Below, piece by piece: positions 62,601 through 64,000 of a DNA stretch of 64,000 nucleotides. Each line of letters opens with the position of its first letter. Position 1 is the stretch's first letter. Origin of the DNA: Balanoglossus misakiensis. Taxonomy: Eukaryota > Animalia > Hemichordata. Below the pieces are notes generated by a model, which searched no databases, was not told the DNA's origin, and saw only the letters and a list, made by a program, of their open reading frames with translations. The DNA is taken from assembly GCA_040954595.2 (NCBI GenBank), contig CM082576.2, forward strand, positions 4,252,760 through 4,316,759, in the 5' to 3' direction. The translations under genes and the position numbers were made by a program.

Positions 62601-64000
62601 GTGATAATTGCTGTACAGTTGCCATGGTTATTTTAGTCGAGGTGTCCACACTTTAATAGAGAAGACGTACCACTCGTGAGATTGGTCTCAACTCGAGATA
62701 TCAGGTCTGATGTCACCTGATATGAAGATCTTCTTTCTTTTTTTAAGGCCAAAAAATTATTTTGGACGATGTGAACATTCTCTCATGATTTGACAGAAAA
62801 AAAGAGAGAGATATATGTTTGAACACAGCAAAGTTACCATCTTCTCAAAGTTTGCCATCTGTTCGGATTTTTTATCAAACCAAATTATCAGCCAACAAAG
62901 TACCATAATTGTCTATAGATTGAATTTGATTAGAATATGATGATGTAATATTTTATGTAAAATTGATATTTATATTGTGCTTGCAAGTAGGCTAACAGAG
63001 TTTTACAGTTTATTTCAGTCTACAAACTTAAACCACTAAAATTACAAAATGATAATCATGTCTCTTTCAAAGGGAAATATCCAAGAATCAAACAACCGCA
63101 TTTGCTTGCAAGGGTAATATTCTGCAGCCAGTGTCTGAAGTGATTTGCGCCTTAATTGCCACTATGAATTCACTCTGTATCAAAAAAAGGCAACCGATAT
63201 TGATCAACATTAATAAATATAGCACTTTGAAGGCTTGAGCTGAGTTCATGCAGACCACCATGTTGAGCTAAGTAAGGTGTGAATCAATGCTATTAGTTAA
63301 AGTTGGCAGCTAGCGAAATGACCATCAAATCCATCCTCATTATACTTGAGTAAATAACTGGTATTTTTCTGCCGTGCCAGCAGTTCATCAGTCACTCCAT
63401 CAACAACCGAGAAGGAAAAAAAAAGTTCCAATTGTGGACTGTGAAAATAGCGGGGGCTGTAACACCAATCAAGAATAGGCAGCAGGAAGAAGCCAATATA
63501 AAAGCAATAATTTGAGCCTGGCATCATTCTTCATTTGTAGTTCAGTCAATTTTCATTTGGTGCAACTCACCACGCTTTTACTGTACTTTTTCGCAGTCAC
63601 TGAAGTCCGCAGTAATTTTTACCATCCAACCAGTGAACAAAAGTGAAGCCAAAAATCACCTCCGCTCCGCTAGCTAACTTATATTTAAAATCTAGTAAAA
63701 TGTAAAAATACTTTGTAGAAAAGCATACATATACTTTGGTGTTGTTTTAGTCTGTATCTGTGAATACGACTACTTTGGACAATAAATACAATAAGCACGC
63801 TGTTAAAATTGGATAAAAATACTTTCACTAGTTTATCATCATACCCAAGGAACGCTGGAATTTTAGTTGAAATTTCATCAACTTGAAACACTGTGCATAC
63901 CGTACATGCATGTATGTGGCCCATGAGTTACAAAAAAACATTACATGTATTCTGCTGATTAAAGTTAAACCGTTTTCCGAATGAACAGATGGGATATGAG

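Noticed and set aside
62677-62723. Small hairpins tgaga-ttgg-tctca and atatcaggt-N8-acctgatat
   Set aside because: Stems are too short for a pre-miRNA or structured RNA and are expected by chance.
1-64000. Remaining 60-145 aa ORFs in the track, and the frequent tacatgta motif
   Set aside because: The ORFs have no recognisable domains, many use non-ATG starts, and their composition is typical of translated AT-rich non-coding DNA. tacatgta is scattered throughout without clustering and looks like a genome-wide compositional motif.

Overview
AT-rich animal genomic DNA, not prokaryotic. The peptide and composition suggest an invertebrate deuterostome such as a hemichordate or echinoderm (inference). 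The one securely identified gene is the 5' part of a + strand NPAS1/NPAS3/trachealess-family bHLH-PAS transcription factor: the bHLH exon (51753-52000) and the next exon (53850-53932, missed by the ORF track), plus two phase-compatible candidate first coding exons (45090-45136 and 47583-47695) that suggest alternative promoters and N-termini. The following PAS-A exon (SLDGF...) is not in the window, so that intron is over 10 kb. Upstream lie about 36-45 kb of almost entirely non-coding DNA with CpG-richer, motif-dense patches (RFX X-boxes, POU octamers, Pbx-Hox/Cdx, AP-1), a 1.45-kb non-autonomous DNA transposon (22969-24416) and a small TTAA-flanked MITE. A chain of minus-strand splice signals at 150-9021 may belong to an unidentified small gene or an antisense lncRNA. 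Nearly all other ORFs in the track look spurious. I found no CRISPR array, RNA gene or convincing novel multi-gene system; the best leads are regulatory and splicing hypotheses.
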